DNA from: a virus
Lineage: Duplodnaviria > Caudoviricetes
DNA length: 39,023 nt
Virus record (IMG/VR): IMGVR_UViG_3300037310_000168
Location: 1-39,023 of that record
Reading direction: 5' to 3' (one strand)
Within the stretch, counting starts at the first letter, position 1. Each line of letters opens with the position of its first letter. This document shows, piece after piece, positions 17,765 through 27,657 of the stretch. The notes beneath the pieces are model-generated. The model had not been told where the DNA came from and did no database searches. It saw only the letters and a program-made list of their open reading frames with translations. A program made the position numbers and the translations under genes.

Positions 17765-18184
17765 TTAATTTTTACCCAGGTTTCCGGTCCATGTATCACG
17801 GTTTACTGGCTCCATGTGATAATAGACTCCCTGAGATTCATTGTTTACACTTGATCCCGAATCATTATTAAACGTTCCCGGCTGCATCCCGTAATGGGAA
17901 TAGCTTGAATCAAAATGTTTTAGAGAATACCTTGATGAACATTTTGGGCAATAAGCGAAATATTGTCCGGTGGTCGGGTCCAATTTTCTAATTAATTTTG
18001 CACTACAGCCGTTGGCGCGGCAGCAAAAATCGTTATCAATCAAATCGCCATACCTTTCCGGATTATCCGCCTGTGGATTCATAAGGCTTGTTGGATACGG
18101 AATTGGCTCATGCTGAGGAGCTTGGCCCATATAGGCTATTCTTGTAATATCGTCTTCGTCCCAATCTCTGCAACTAATCCTCAT
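17765..18184 (-). CDS. Zinc-ribbon protein with RIAYMGQ leader-like motif
   Basis: CRANGC...CPKC; TRIAYMGQA near the N-terminus. Confidence 0.7.
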   Translation of the reverse strand: MRISCRDWDEDDITRIAYMGQAPQHEPIPYPTSLMNPQADNPERYGDLIDNDFCCRANGCSAKLIRKLDPTTGQYFAYCPKCSSRYSLKHFDSSYSHYGMQPGTFNNDSGSSVNNESQGVYYHMEPVNRDTWTGNLGKN

Positions 18185-18189
18185 GGTTA

Positions 18190-19884
18190 TTATGCCGCCG
18201 GAGGCGCGCCACCTCCACCGGCCGGAGCCGTGGCTTCGCCACCGCCGCCTCCGCCCAGATCTAGACCGCCAAGGTCCATTCCACCGCCAGCATCTCCGCC
18301 GCCTTCAAGGCCGATCCCGAGATCACCACCGGGAGCGCCGCCACCAGCATCCATACCTCCGGGTGCACCGCCGCCGATGCCAGGGCCACCAGATTGCTGC
18401 CGAGGGGCTTTGCCCATCTCTTCTGCCGACGGGGTGGAGACGTTGATGTTTTCTTTTCCAAGATATGGAGTCTGGAGCTTGTAAGCAATTTCCTTAGCAT
18501 CATCAATTTCTTTCTTGATTTTATCCATTTCGTTCTCGTAATTGAGATCTAGGGCCTCAAGCAATGAGTGGGTAGATACTTTATTATCTCTAACCAATCC
18601 CTCAAGAGCGCTTTGGTACTCGCGATTATTTTTAAGACTGATCTTTTCCCAGTTTACTTGAGGAATGATAAGTTCCTTAATTCCGTTTCTATACTTTACA
18701 AAATCATGAATACGAGATATTGGAGCAAATATTTTGCGCTCGATCCAGCGTTCCATGAGAGTTCTGAATGAAACATATCTCTGCTGAAGTACTTCAAGAG
18801 CAACCGAGGCATTAGCGTAGGTTGGACCTTCGCCATGCGTGAACGCCTTAGAAGTGAATAGGCCAGTCAGGATTCTATCCTCAATTCTGTCCATTTCACC
18901 ATCTAGCGGCAGGATCTGTCCAGTTGCGCCAACATACGAGAGCTCGAAGCCGGTATGGGTTACGATAGTAAAGTTAGTATCGTACGTAGCCTGCTCAAGC
19001 ATATCTCGTGCAGCCAAGAGCTCGTCGGTTCCTGGACGATACGAGCCGTCGGCGGATCCAACCTTGACTATACGAAGCGGGGTTACGTGATTTGCGGCAG
19101 TGGTAAACTGAGCTTCACGGAATATATCTCTAAGCATCAGGTCTTTGTAAACCCTGGTAAGAATGGAAGTTCCGCGAACGTGATAAGGAGCATTCTTGCG
19201 AGCAATATGGCTTATCTGGTGGTAATCGAGGGGAATATTCTTACCGGCGATAACATACTGAAGCAGCTCGGGCCCAAGCTGTTGTTTAATCTTCATACTC
19301 TCGGGATCTGCAGACTGAACTATTTTTTGAAGCTCGGCATCTGGCTTTAGCGATATGATCGGAGATGTATAAAGGTGTTTCTTTACTTCAATGAAGTCTG
19401 GGTTGTGGATAAATATGCTAGCCCACTCGCCAGTATATTCGTCTAATTCGCAATGGGGAAAAACTTCTCCAATAATGAAATATTCTTTGGCGACTTCTTG
19501 GATAATAGTATCGAAATTCAATCTCTCCAACATCCTATTGAAGAAATGCTCTATCTCTTTTGATTCCGCGCACTTTACCCCGAGACAGGAGAGGGGATAA
19601 GTTGAGTGTAGATCTATGCAGTTGCCAATGAGTGGATCGCTTTCATAATAATGTCTGGCCCATGCGTTTAGTTCCGGGCGCTCTCTCGGCAAATTTAGGT
19701 TAGATTCTTCGTAGAAAGGCGAGAATGGTCTTGGACCCATTCTGTCTACTAGGGGCGTTGATGCGGTCACAAGAGGCAATCTCGTGGCTGGTCCGGACAA
19801 AAGCCCTGGACGGCGGATCATATCTGCCTTGCGTATGATTCCATTTTTATTATCTAACGATTGACCGCTAATTTTTTTCAGCAT
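18190..19884 (-). CDS. Portal protein
   Basis: 564 aa between terminase and protease; P-IGNCID-HS-YP, IIGEVF, ISHIAR...RGTSIL, PLRIVKVG motifs; Gly-rich C-terminal tail. Confidence 0.85.
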   Translation of the reverse strand: MLKKISGQSLDNKNGIIRKADMIRRPGLLSGPATRLPLVTASTPLVDRMGPRPFSPFYEESNLNLPRERPELNAWARHYYESDPLIGNCIDLHSTYPLSCLGVKCAESKEIEHFFNRMLERLNFDTIIQEVAKEYFIIGEVFPHCELDEYTGEWASIFIHNPDFIEVKKHLYTSPIISLKPDAELQKIVQSADPESMKIKQQLGPELLQYVIAGKNIPLDYHQISHIARKNAPYHVRGTSILTRVYKDLMLRDIFREAQFTTAANHVTPLRIVKVGSADGSYRPGTDELLAARDMLEQATYDTNFTIVTHTGFELSYVGATGQILPLDGEMDRIEDRILTGLFTSKAFTHGEGPTYANASVALEVLQQRYVSFRTLMERWIERKIFAPISRIHDFVKYRNGIKELIIPQVNWEKISLKNNREYQSALEGLVRDNKVSTHSLLEALDLNYENEMDKIKKEIDDAKEIAYKLQTPYLGKENINVSTPSAEEMGKAPRQQSGGPGIGGGAPGGMDAGGGAPGGDLGIGLEGGGDAGGGMDLGGLDLGGGGGGEATAPAGGGGAPPAA

Positions 19885-19893
19885 TTATCACCC

Positions 19894-20733
19894 TTAAAAA
19901 TTTTTTAGAAGCTGATCCTCTTTAAATTTAGAGAGGAGCTCTTGGCGCATACCTTCGTCTACGCTATTTAATACAGAAGCTATCCTTATTCTCAATCCAA
20001 ACATATTACCCATCTTATATTCTTTAGTATCGCGAAGGTAGTCTACGAAGTATTCGGATGTATTATTTTTTGACGCCGGGAGAACCGAAGATATTGGGTA
20101 AGCTATTTTCAACTTCGCCGTTGCTAATAAATTCTCAAATTCTCTTTCGAAGTAAGGGGATAGCTTTGACTTAATCTTCTCGTAATCGGCGCTTGAAATT
20201 ATGTTTTTCTCGGATACCGATCTAGCTATACGGAAAGCCTGCTGAGCGTCTATCGAGTCCGAATAAACCGCCATGGATGCATCGGCATAAGTGAAAACCA
20301 TGTCGCATTCGCGGGAGAGGGCTTCCGCCACTTCCCCGGCTGGCAGGGATGAAAGGTTCGCAAATCTTCCGCCACATAGAGAGCTTAGTGTAGAAGCCAC
20401 AACCTTGCCCCTGTCCTCCAGGCTGGTGAAGGTGACCATCATTTCTCTTTCGAGCCACTCTTTTTCTTTCTTATCCTTGGGAGAAACAGATTTGACTTTA
20501 ACCTCGAACTTTTCCCCATCCCTCTCGGACTGACCAATAAAAGAACCCTCATCAACTCCATCGTTGATAGAGCCATTCTCGTCCTTAGTAATCGTAGATC
20601 CGCCTCCCTGTTGACCAGGGAGTGTTCCATTGTTAAAATCTCTGACGAGAGACTTTTGATCTCTTAGCAATAGATTCGGATCGGCCCCGGCTACAGCATC
20701 AGCAAAGTTATCTATGTCTTCGTGTTTTTTCAT
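19894..20733 (-). CDS. Hypothetical protein
   Basis: ATGA-coupled to the terminase; fills the operon. Confidence 0.75.
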   Translation of the reverse strand: MKKHEDIDNFADAVAGADPNLLLRDQKSLVRDFNNGTLPGQQGGGSTITKDENGSINDGVDEGSFIGQSERDGEKFEVKVKSVSPKDKKEKEWLEREMMVTFTSLEDRGKVVASTLSSLCGGRFANLSSLPAGEVAEALSRECDMVFTYADASMAVYSDSIDAQQAFRIARSVSEKNIISSADYEKIKSKLSPYFEREFENLLATAKLKIAYPISSVLPASKNNTSEYFVDYLRDTKEYKMGNMFGLRIRIASVLNSVDEGMRQELLSKFKEDQLLKNF

Positions 20734-22496
20734 CTTTGTCTATATCCATCCCTAGTAAATAAAGGCATTGATGATCTTGATTGCTTAGCCGGGCGGCCAT
20801 TGAAATTGGCACCGAGCATCATGCCTGTAATGGATTGCTGATTCTTGGAAGTGGCAGCAGTTCTGCTTAATGCTCCCTGGCCCAAGTGCATGATTGACGC
20901 TATATAGGCATAATTCAAACTATGCAGGGCATCATTGGGCTCTCTCGTATCTACTTTCTCATAGCTCTTAAACACGTTACCGGTTTTTTGCGTTAGTTTT
21001 ATTTCGACGTTACAAACCTGGTCGATAAACCACTCATTCTTAGCCGCCGATCTCCATGGAAATACCAGGTTTCCTCGGTTGATTATATCAATTATTTCTT
21101 CAATAAATGCATTTCTATCAATTGTTATCATCCAGGTTTCTTCATTGTAAGATAGCTTATTTTTTGAATTTGGAGCGTAATAGGCACTCTTTACTCGCGG
21201 ACCATATTCGGATTGTAAAATCTGACACTGAACCTGGCCATACCCGCTGTCAGCTACTATCGAAACGCAATTATATAAAGTAATCAATTCTTTGATTCGA
21301 GCGACTTGTTTTAAATACTCAGGTGATGTTAATTTCTCGGTAAATTTAACTTCATACTTATCGGTGATACGATTTTTTCCAATTATAGTAACTACCGTGA
21401 AAGCGCCACTATCATTTAATTCATTTCTGCTACCCCAGTCTATGCCCATGAATGTTTCTTGAGGGGCCGCTACCATGTATGGGAAATCCTGATCTCTGTA
21501 AGGCATGCAGCAGCGTTCTATAAAGTCTCGTTTATCAATTGGCCTAGCCCCACCAGTAAAGAACTCGCCAAGAACCTCATTTTTGAATTTGCTATCGCTA
21601 TATTCTGCTTTTCTTCTCAGAATATCTTCGATTCTAATTTCTGGATGTATTAACTGAGAAATATGATAGCCGACGCGACCTGTTGATGTTAGTGGTCTTG
21701 TGGCAATCCATTTCCCGTTCTTATTTGCATCCTTCTTGCGCTGCTCGCATCCGCAGTGAGTGCATTTGACGACATCGCTATGAAGCGAATTATCCATGGT
21801 AATCCTAAATAACTCACTGCATCTTACGCATCTCGAATGGTAATAACGCTGATCCGAAAGCTCCCAAAGCTTTTCGAATGGGGCCCCGGCTGCCTTTGGA
21901 GTTCCAAACGAAAACTCTACTGCGTATTTGGATCTTGCCGTAGCGGCATCTGTGTTGGCAATAGCACCGTCATTCCAGTCCTGGAACTCGTCGCGCATGA
22001 GAGCATCAACGGAAATACCGCGTAGGGAATCGGCTTCTGCCCAAGCAGAGTACATATAATAGAAGTTTTGATTCTTGAACTCTACAATAGAGACTGTATC
22101 CGAGGCGTTCTTATGATCGGCAAGCATCTTGGAGATCTTACCGTCTTTACTAAATCTTATAGCTCCCTGAAGCCTCTCTTTGGAATAACGGCTGGTCTGA
22201 TCTTTTGTAGGGAAGGCATGAAGGACGTTGAAGAACTTATAGTTGCATAGGAAATATAATGAAACGTTAAGAGCGGCTTCGGTCATTTCAACCTGACGTC
22301 CCTTAACTACGACAACCGGCTTTCTATCTTTAATTGCACCAATGCACAGGTAACGATAAAAATCTACCAAATACTCTCTTCCATTACCCTCAATAACAAA
22401 TGGATCTCCGTCTATTGTTCTAGCGTTCTGAACAAAGTAGACAGGATCTATGTCTAAAGGTGATGAAAGTAGGCTAACTAAATTAGTATTTGTCAT
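20730..22496 (-). CDS. terL: Terminase large subunit (GpA-like ATPase plus RNase H-like nuclease)
   Basis: KGRQVEMTE Walker A variant, LMRDE Walker B, GTP coupling motif, CxxC..CxxC ribbon, GIDWG, DSGYG and NDALH nuclease motifs. Confidence 0.92.
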   Translation of the reverse strand: MTNTNLVSLLSSPLDIDPVYFVQNARTIDGDPFVIEGNGREYLVDFYRYLCIGAIKDRKPVVVVKGRQVEMTEAALNVSLYFLCNYKFFNVLHAFPTKDQTSRYSKERLQGAIRFSKDGKISKMLADHKNASDTVSIVEFKNQNFYYMYSAWAEADSLRGISVDALMRDEFQDWNDGAIANTDAATARSKYAVEFSFGTPKAAGAPFEKLWELSDQRYYHSRCVRCSELFRITMDNSLHSDVVKCTHCGCEQRKKDANKNGKWIATRPLTSTGRVGYHISQLIHPEIRIEDILRRKAEYSDSKFKNEVLGEFFTGGARPIDKRDFIERCCMPYRDQDFPYMVAAPQETFMGIDWGSRNELNDSGAFTVVTIIGKNRITDKYEVKFTEKLTSPEYLKQVARIKELITLYNCVSIVADSGYGQVQCQILQSEYGPRVKSAYYAPNSKNKLSYNEETWMITIDRNAFIEEIIDIINRGNLVFPWRSAAKNEWFIDQVCNVEIKLTQKTGNVFKSYEKVDTREPNDALHSLNYAYIASIMHLGQGALSRTAATSKNQQSITGMMLGANFNGRPAKQSRSSMPLFTRDGYRQR

Positions 22497-22509
22497 AATT
22501 CACCTTAAA

Positions 22510-22579
22510 CTCATAAAGCTCTACACAAAAGCGTAGAGCTCCATGAGGTTCGGCCGAGCGGGCTTCATGAGAAGCTCTA
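22510..22579 (-). promoter_or_regulatory. Structured RNA element upstream of terL (17-bp hairpin with an alternative pairing)
   Basis: CUCAUGGAGCUCUACGC-UUUU-GUGUAGAGCUUUAUGAG (22510..22547, three G-U pairs); competing arm at 22565..22579. Confidence 0.7.
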
Positions 22580-22581
22580 GC

Positions 22582-23772
22582 TTATTTCTGCGATGAGGTT
22601 TTCTTGAAGTAGGCGTCCCACTTAGCGCGCTGCCAACGTTTCTTTTCAGCAAGCTCTTCGCCAGATGGACCCATTACCTTCTGAGTCTTATCTGCTGCAC
22701 CTTCAAACCACTTCTGCTCCCAATCGCGGGAATCTCCACCAACCTGGGTCTCCATCGGCTTACGATCGTACTTTACTTCTCCGGGATACCCAAGCTCTTC
22801 AGGATTATTAGAGACTATCTTATCGACCTTCTCATCTGATCCCTGGAACCATGACTGCTTTTTGAAGTAATCAAGCCACTTTTTTGCGTTTGCCTTTTTG
22901 TCTAGTGCCATTTTTGTTGCTCCTTCTGATTTTTTGCCAGACTTATCGCCATGGCCTTCATTGTGAATTTTCCACATTGTTGCATATGCCGCTTCTAGAT
23001 CTCCAGGGTATTCCTTTTTGATCTTGTTAGCCAATTCCTCACTGATACTCGGAGGAGTCTTTGCTTCTTTTTGCATTGAAGCAGCCTTCTCCATGTCGTC
23101 TTCCTTCTTTTCTTCTGTTTTATCTGTTTCGGAAACTTCCTTCTTCTCTTCCTTTTTCTTAAACTGATACTGCTTCAAGTGCTCTGGAAGTCCTCCTGCA
23201 GTTTTAATCTGGCAAGCAGACCCGGCTTCTCTCTCGGCCTCGTCCTTCTCATGCTTCTTTACTTTTTCTTCAACTTCCTCCAGATCCTCAACGACTTCTT
23301 TATGCTCAGCCTTATCCTCGGCCCTGTCCTCTGAGCACTCATCGTGCATAGCAGCCAATCGCTCAATTCCAATTTCCTCGACAGCCTTTTTAACAGTTGT
23401 ATCTAGTGTGGCCGAGCATTCGCAAGGAGCTTTTTCGCACTGATCACATTTTGTAGTATAAGCACTTATCAAAGCAGCCAGTTTCACCTTGTCAAACTTT
23501 GAGATGTTATCCATTGCAACATAAAGTTTTGGATCCATCTTGATGGTGGCAACCTTGCGGATCTCGTTGGCATCGGCGTCAGATATGCCGATTCTGGAAC
23601 GCAGATCAGTGATCGCGGCCTCAATTGTTGGAAACTCCTTGTCCTCGTTTACTGCCTGAAGGATATCATCTGCGTAGATAACAGTAAGATCCTTTGCAAA
23701 GCTTGGGCTCGATACAAGGTTGTTAATCCATGACTTTTGTATAAACCCGCCGGTTCTTTCGAATGATTTCAT
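22582..23772 (-). CDS. Modular charged head-core protein sharing a module with the scaffold
   Basis: C-terminal WFQG...WQRA module nearly identical to the scaffold N-terminus; AAGGAG RBS. Confidence 0.75.
   Translation of the reverse strand: MKSFERTGGFIQKSWINNLVSSPSFAKDLTVIYADDILQAVNEDKEFPTIEAAITDLRSRIGISDADANEIRKVATIKMDPKLYVAMDNISKFDKVKLAALISAYTTKCDQCEKAPCECSATLDTTVKKAVEEIGIERLAAMHDECSEDRAEDKAEHKEVVEDLEEVEEKVKKHEKDEAEREAGSACQIKTAGGLPEHLKQYQFKKKEEKKEVSETDKTEEKKEDDMEKAASMQKEAKTPPSISEELANKIKKEYPGDLEAAYATMWKIHNEGHGDKSGKKSEGATKMALDKKANAKKWLDYFKKQSWFQGSDEKVDKIVSNNPEELGYPGEVKYDRKPMETQVGGDSRDWEQKWFEGAADKTQKVMGPSGEELAEKKRWQRAKWDAYFKKTSSQK
22685..22755. repeat. Dispersed direct repeat, copy 2 (copy 1 at 14866..14936)
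   Basis: 70/71 nt identical by manual alignment. Confidence 0.9.
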
Positions 23773-23796
23773 TTTAGTAGTGCTCCTTTTTATTTT

Positions 23797-24258
23797 TTAA
23801 AATAGCTGAGTAAAATCGTCTCGTTTAGATTGTGGAGCAGTGAGAGCCTGCTCCATTTCTGGTGAATATTTCTTGAAGCCCCAAAGCTCCCGGGCGTTTC
23901 TGTAGCTGTCGTTGGTAATTAAATTAGCAGCTTTAGCCATCAATAATAAAATTATAGCAAATCTTCTGCCGCGACTCGACTGTGAGGCCAGATTAAATAT
24001 ATGTTCCATAACGGCCTTATCTATAGCGGATTCTTTATTGATTCCGCCCTGTTGAGGATCGGCCGGGTTTGCTTGGGAGGAGATTTTAGCCTCTGTCTTA
24101 CTGACGATATCGCTGAGAATATCAGCAGCTCGTTTCTTTGAATATTGCGATATAACGCCATCCAGCAGATCCATATCTCTGAAGAGGTGAGTGGCGTCAA
24201 CACCGTATTCGGCGATAATGAACTTTCTGATATCTAAAGAATTAATTGGATTCAACAT
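23797..24258 (-). CDS. Hypothetical protein (track start 24282; ATG 24258 more likely)
   Basis: ATG one base after the upstream stop codon. Confidence 0.7.
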   Translation of the reverse strand: MLNPINSLDIRKFIIAEYGVDATHLFRDMDLLDGVISQYSKKRAADILSDIVSKTEAKISSQANPADPQQGGINKESAIDKAVMEHIFNLASQSSRGRRFAIILLLMAKAANLITNDSYRNARELWGFKKYSPEMEQALTAPQSKRDDFTQLF

Positions 24259-24259
24259 T

Positions 24260-26968
24260 TTATCTCTTCCTTGTCTTTTCACTCTTTAATTCTTTTTCAG
24301 CCCTCTTCAGTGCCTGCATAAACTCTGGAAAATTCATTTCGACATACCTCTTGAGATTTGGCCTGATTTCAAGATTTTTTCTTGCATTTTTAACATTCTC
24401 AGAGCGATTTGTGTCGATGTTAAACATGGCATCAACCAAACCCATAACTCCACGCTTCTCAAAAATCTTCTCCATCAGCCTGTCTCTTCTTTGAGCTGCT
24501 TCGGAATCCTCTACATCGATAGCTTCATCTGAAGGAGAAAATTTGGAAAGCTCAGCCTCAAGAACAGATATTCTTTTTTCTACTCTTGCAACTTCTTGCT
24601 GAAGTTCGGTGACTCGCGGGCTATCGCCAAGTTTAGCTTTCTCAAATCTAAGCTGTCTATCTAAATCTGCTGCCGCGTGCTTGGCGCTGATTAAATTATC
24701 AAGCATCTTGCTGTAGACTTCCGGACTAATTTTAGTTGCCCGAGTCTTCTTTAGCAAACTGTCAACTCTTGAGACTATATCTTCTATCTCCAAAAGCTCG
24801 TCATGCTGATCTTTGTCTACATGCTGATCTTTGTCTACATGCTGATCTTTGTCTACTTGCTGATCTTTGTCTACTTGCTGATCTTTGTCTACTTGCTGCT
24901 CTCCAGCTGCAGGAGCGACTGCTTGCTCGTTAGCCATTTCTTCCTTATATTCGGAGATCTGCTTTTCAAGAGAGTTTATTTCTCTTTCAAGAGTGGCTGC
25001 TCTTTCCGCAGATCCCGGTATTTCTGATGCAGTGAGACGAATGTCTTCAAGATCTTCTTTTTTCTTGCGAAGGATGTCTTCTTTTTCCTCTAATTCTTGA
25101 TTTGAAAAAATCTTGGCAATTCTAACCATGGCCCTGTGTAAACGAGCAACTCTCATATCAGAGCCTGATATTGAAGAGGAGATGGCCGGGAAGAATCTTG
25201 ATTTAGAGAACTTTGAATTATTCTTATCTTCTCTAACGTCTTCTTGGGACGTAAGCTCTTCTGTGTAATTAAATTTCAACATAGCCACGTAAAGCTTCGT
25301 TGCTGCTTCTGAAAAATTTGATTCCATCAAATCATTGAATGATCTCATTGAAGTCTTGGCCCATCTTAGAGCAGAGCTTAGCGGCAACATGGCATATCTA
25401 ACCCCTTCGTATGTCAATACCGCATATTTATCGCCATCTTCATCGGTGTAAATTTTGATATATCCACCAGGTTCAACCTCTACTGCCCTATCCATGCTAA
25501 CCTGTTCCGGCACATATTTTTCAGAATTCTTGATCATCTCCATGAAAAGCGCCGATAATGCCGCTGGGTACTTAGATTTCAAATCCATGTCGATATCGCG
25601 CATTTTCATTTTTTCAAAGATGCCCTTAGAAAAATCATGAAAGAATATGTCCAACATCTTATAGATGACAGCATGCCCTGAGTTTTTGAGAGGATCCATG
25701 CCAGCAATCTTGTCAACAGTATTGGCGTTCGTGCTAATTGTTAATTTATCGCTCAACTCTCTTAGTTTTTCTTTAATTGAGGAAACAAAATGACCGGTGA
25801 TTTCTTTGCCATTAACAAAGACTCTCCCAGAGTTATCCATATGTCCACGGAACTTCTCCCCGAATCTTTTCTCTTCGGCAGGACCCAAACTTTCTATAGC
25901 AGCGCCTATTTTTTTCAATAGTTCTATCATGCTGCCATCGATAAGAAAATGCTTGTCAATGGCCATTTCGCCTAGATCTTCGCCGAATTCTTTTACAAGA
26001 TCATTATAAGCTTCATTTTTCTTTTGCTCGTTCTTGCTATAGTCAGAATCTGTTGCTTTATCCAGTAATGTTGAACGCTTCCCGCGCTCGGTCCTTGAAA
26101 GCTTATAGATTTTATCCATCTGCTCTAAGTCATCATAAAGATCCAGGGCGTTCTTATGCGCAGTTGGATCTACGATAGCACCAAGAGACTTCATATATTT
26201 TTTCAAATCTTCTGATTTGAGCAGGTCATACAAGTCAATGAAGTCGCTGGTAACTATATCCTCCAGCATACTTTCATTTTTGGTTCTAATGTCCCAAGCC
26301 ACGTCTTCGAGTCGCTTGCCAACAGCTTGGCCGCTCGTAATGGCAGTGTATATATCTTTAATGCATGCCTTCTGATAATCAATAATTGTAGATCTTACTT
26401 TGTTTAAAATTTCTATAATTTTTACAATTCTCGCCGTATCCTCTCCGGTTATAGCAACAGATGATTGTTCTGGGGTCGATGATTGCTGAGGCTTGGCACC
26501 ATAGTTCTTGGTGAGCGGAGCCATGGTGGACGGATCAAATTTTCCCTTTTGATCTGCCTTCTTCATATTTTGATAATTGGACAATTCGCCTTTCTTCTTC
26601 TTTAGGCGCTCTTCAATTTCTTTATTCTTTTGCTCTCCGGCAGACAAGTACCCATTAAAAGCTACCACGGTAGAATCCATCTTGGCGATGGCCGGAGACT
26701 TTTCGACATTAGCCAAAGCCTCGTCGTAGCTATTTTTTAATAGCTCAAGAAATTTCGGATTGCTCAATAATCCTTTGTTTATTATGACACCGCCGTTTTC
26801 ATCGACCGGAATCATTCTCATAGCTTCTGCTGAAGCAGGGAAAATTGTGCGCAAACTAGTAGATCTTGGTTCTTCTGCGGCTATTTGAATGATTGGTTTT
26901 ACCAAATCGTTACCGCCCATGATCGATTGGAGCTCGGACCATATATTTTTCTTGGTTATAATCTTCAT
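24260..26968 (-). CDS. Large coiled-coil protein, putative internal virion protein
   Basis: 902 aa, helical and charged; contains (Q[QH]VDKD)5. Confidence 0.75.
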   Translation of the reverse strand: MKIITKKNIWSELQSIMGGNDLVKPIIQIAAEEPRSTSLRTIFPASAEAMRMIPVDENGGVIINKGLLSNPKFLELLKNSYDEALANVEKSPAIAKMDSTVVAFNGYLSAGEQKNKEIEERLKKKKGELSNYQNMKKADQKGKFDPSTMAPLTKNYGAKPQQSSTPEQSSVAITGEDTARIVKIIEILNKVRSTIIDYQKACIKDIYTAITSGQAVGKRLEDVAWDIRTKNESMLEDIVTSDFIDLYDLLKSEDLKKYMKSLGAIVDPTAHKNALDLYDDLEQMDKIYKLSRTERGKRSTLLDKATDSDYSKNEQKKNEAYNDLVKEFGEDLGEMAIDKHFLIDGSMIELLKKIGAAIESLGPAEEKRFGEKFRGHMDNSGRVFVNGKEITGHFVSSIKEKLRELSDKLTISTNANTVDKIAGMDPLKNSGHAVIYKMLDIFFHDFSKGIFEKMKMRDIDMDLKSKYPAALSALFMEMIKNSEKYVPEQVSMDRAVEVEPGGYIKIYTDEDGDKYAVLTYEGVRYAMLPLSSALRWAKTSMRSFNDLMESNFSEAATKLYVAMLKFNYTEELTSQEDVREDKNNSKFSKSRFFPAISSSISGSDMRVARLHRAMVRIAKIFSNQELEEKEDILRKKKEDLEDIRLTASEIPGSAERAATLEREINSLEKQISEYKEEMANEQAVAPAAGEQQVDKDQQVDKDQQVDKDQHVDKDQHVDKDQHDELLEIEDIVSRVDSLLKKTRATKISPEVYSKMLDNLISAKHAAADLDRQLRFEKAKLGDSPRVTELQQEVARVEKRISVLEAELSKFSPSDEAIDVEDSEAAQRRDRLMEKIFEKRGVMGLVDAMFNIDTNRSENVKNARKNLEIRPNLKRYVEMNFPEFMQALKRAEKELKSEKTRKR
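24803..24892. repeat. Five tandem 18-nt coding repeats
   Basis: [a/t]tgctgatctttgtctac x5. Confidence 0.95.
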
Positions 26969-26973
26969 AGTTA

Positions 26974-27657
26974 TTATGAATTTTCCTTTAGGTATTGTGT
27001 GGCTATTTGGCGTCTGTAGTCATCTTCGTAGATGTCTGCTTCTAGATGGAATCCACCATTTTCTTTTCTAACAACCTTGGGCTCGGCGGAAAGTCCCAGC
27101 TTCTTCTTGGCAGCATCTAGGGCGGCCTGCATATGGGTCATTCTAACCATATCATTGATAATGGGCTGAACGACTTTCTCAAGCATGTCCTTTGTTTCTT
27201 TATTCATGTGTGAGCCGGACTCGGTATCAAATCCGGTCTGGCCAACTATCTTAACTTCTCCAGTTTCCTTATGCTTAAAGACCATAAGACTTTCACCCTG
27301 GAAAACCTGAGCTTTGCCATATTGCTTAGTGGCTTCGAGATCCCTAGAGCCCTCTTCGCCGAATCTTTCCTTGGAATGAATGACCGCGATTGGCTGATAG
27401 CCGCCCTGCATCATCTGATCCATTATGGGGAATCCGCCAGCGTCTCTCTTAAGGCGCTTGATTTCCTCCATTAACTCTTTAGGATTCTTAAAGGTGGTAA
27501 CTTTGGTGTCTTGACCAAAAAGCTTATTCTTTTCAAGAATTTTGAGAACGCCCATCATTTGCGCAAGAGTTTTGATGCCCTGAATCTGAATATCCATTTT
27601 TCTAGTGCTGCAGACACCATAGTGGTGAGCCCTTTTTATGATTCGACGCATATTCAT
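26974..27657 (-). CDS. Hypothetical protein, possibly DUF1257/Ycf35-like
   Basis: C-terminal AALDAAKKKLG...RKENGGFHLE resembles the DUF1257 end; follows a DUF2997-like gene. Confidence 0.45.
   Translation of the reverse strand: MNMRRIIKRAHHYGVCSTRKMDIQIQGIKTLAQMMGVLKILEKNKLFGQDTKVTTFKNPKELMEEIKRLKRDAGGFPIMDQMMQGGYQPIAVIHSKERFGEEGSRDLEATKQYGKAQVFQGESLMVFKHKETGEVKIVGQTGFDTESGSHMNKETKDMLEKVVQPIINDMVRMTHMQAALDAAKKKLGLSAEPKVVRKENGGFHLEADIYEDDYRRQIATQYLKENS

Noticed and set aside
14866-22800. Duplicated segment as a DGR template/variable pair
   Set aside because: Mismatches are synonymous and not adenine-specific; both copies are coding; no reverse transcriptase in the window.
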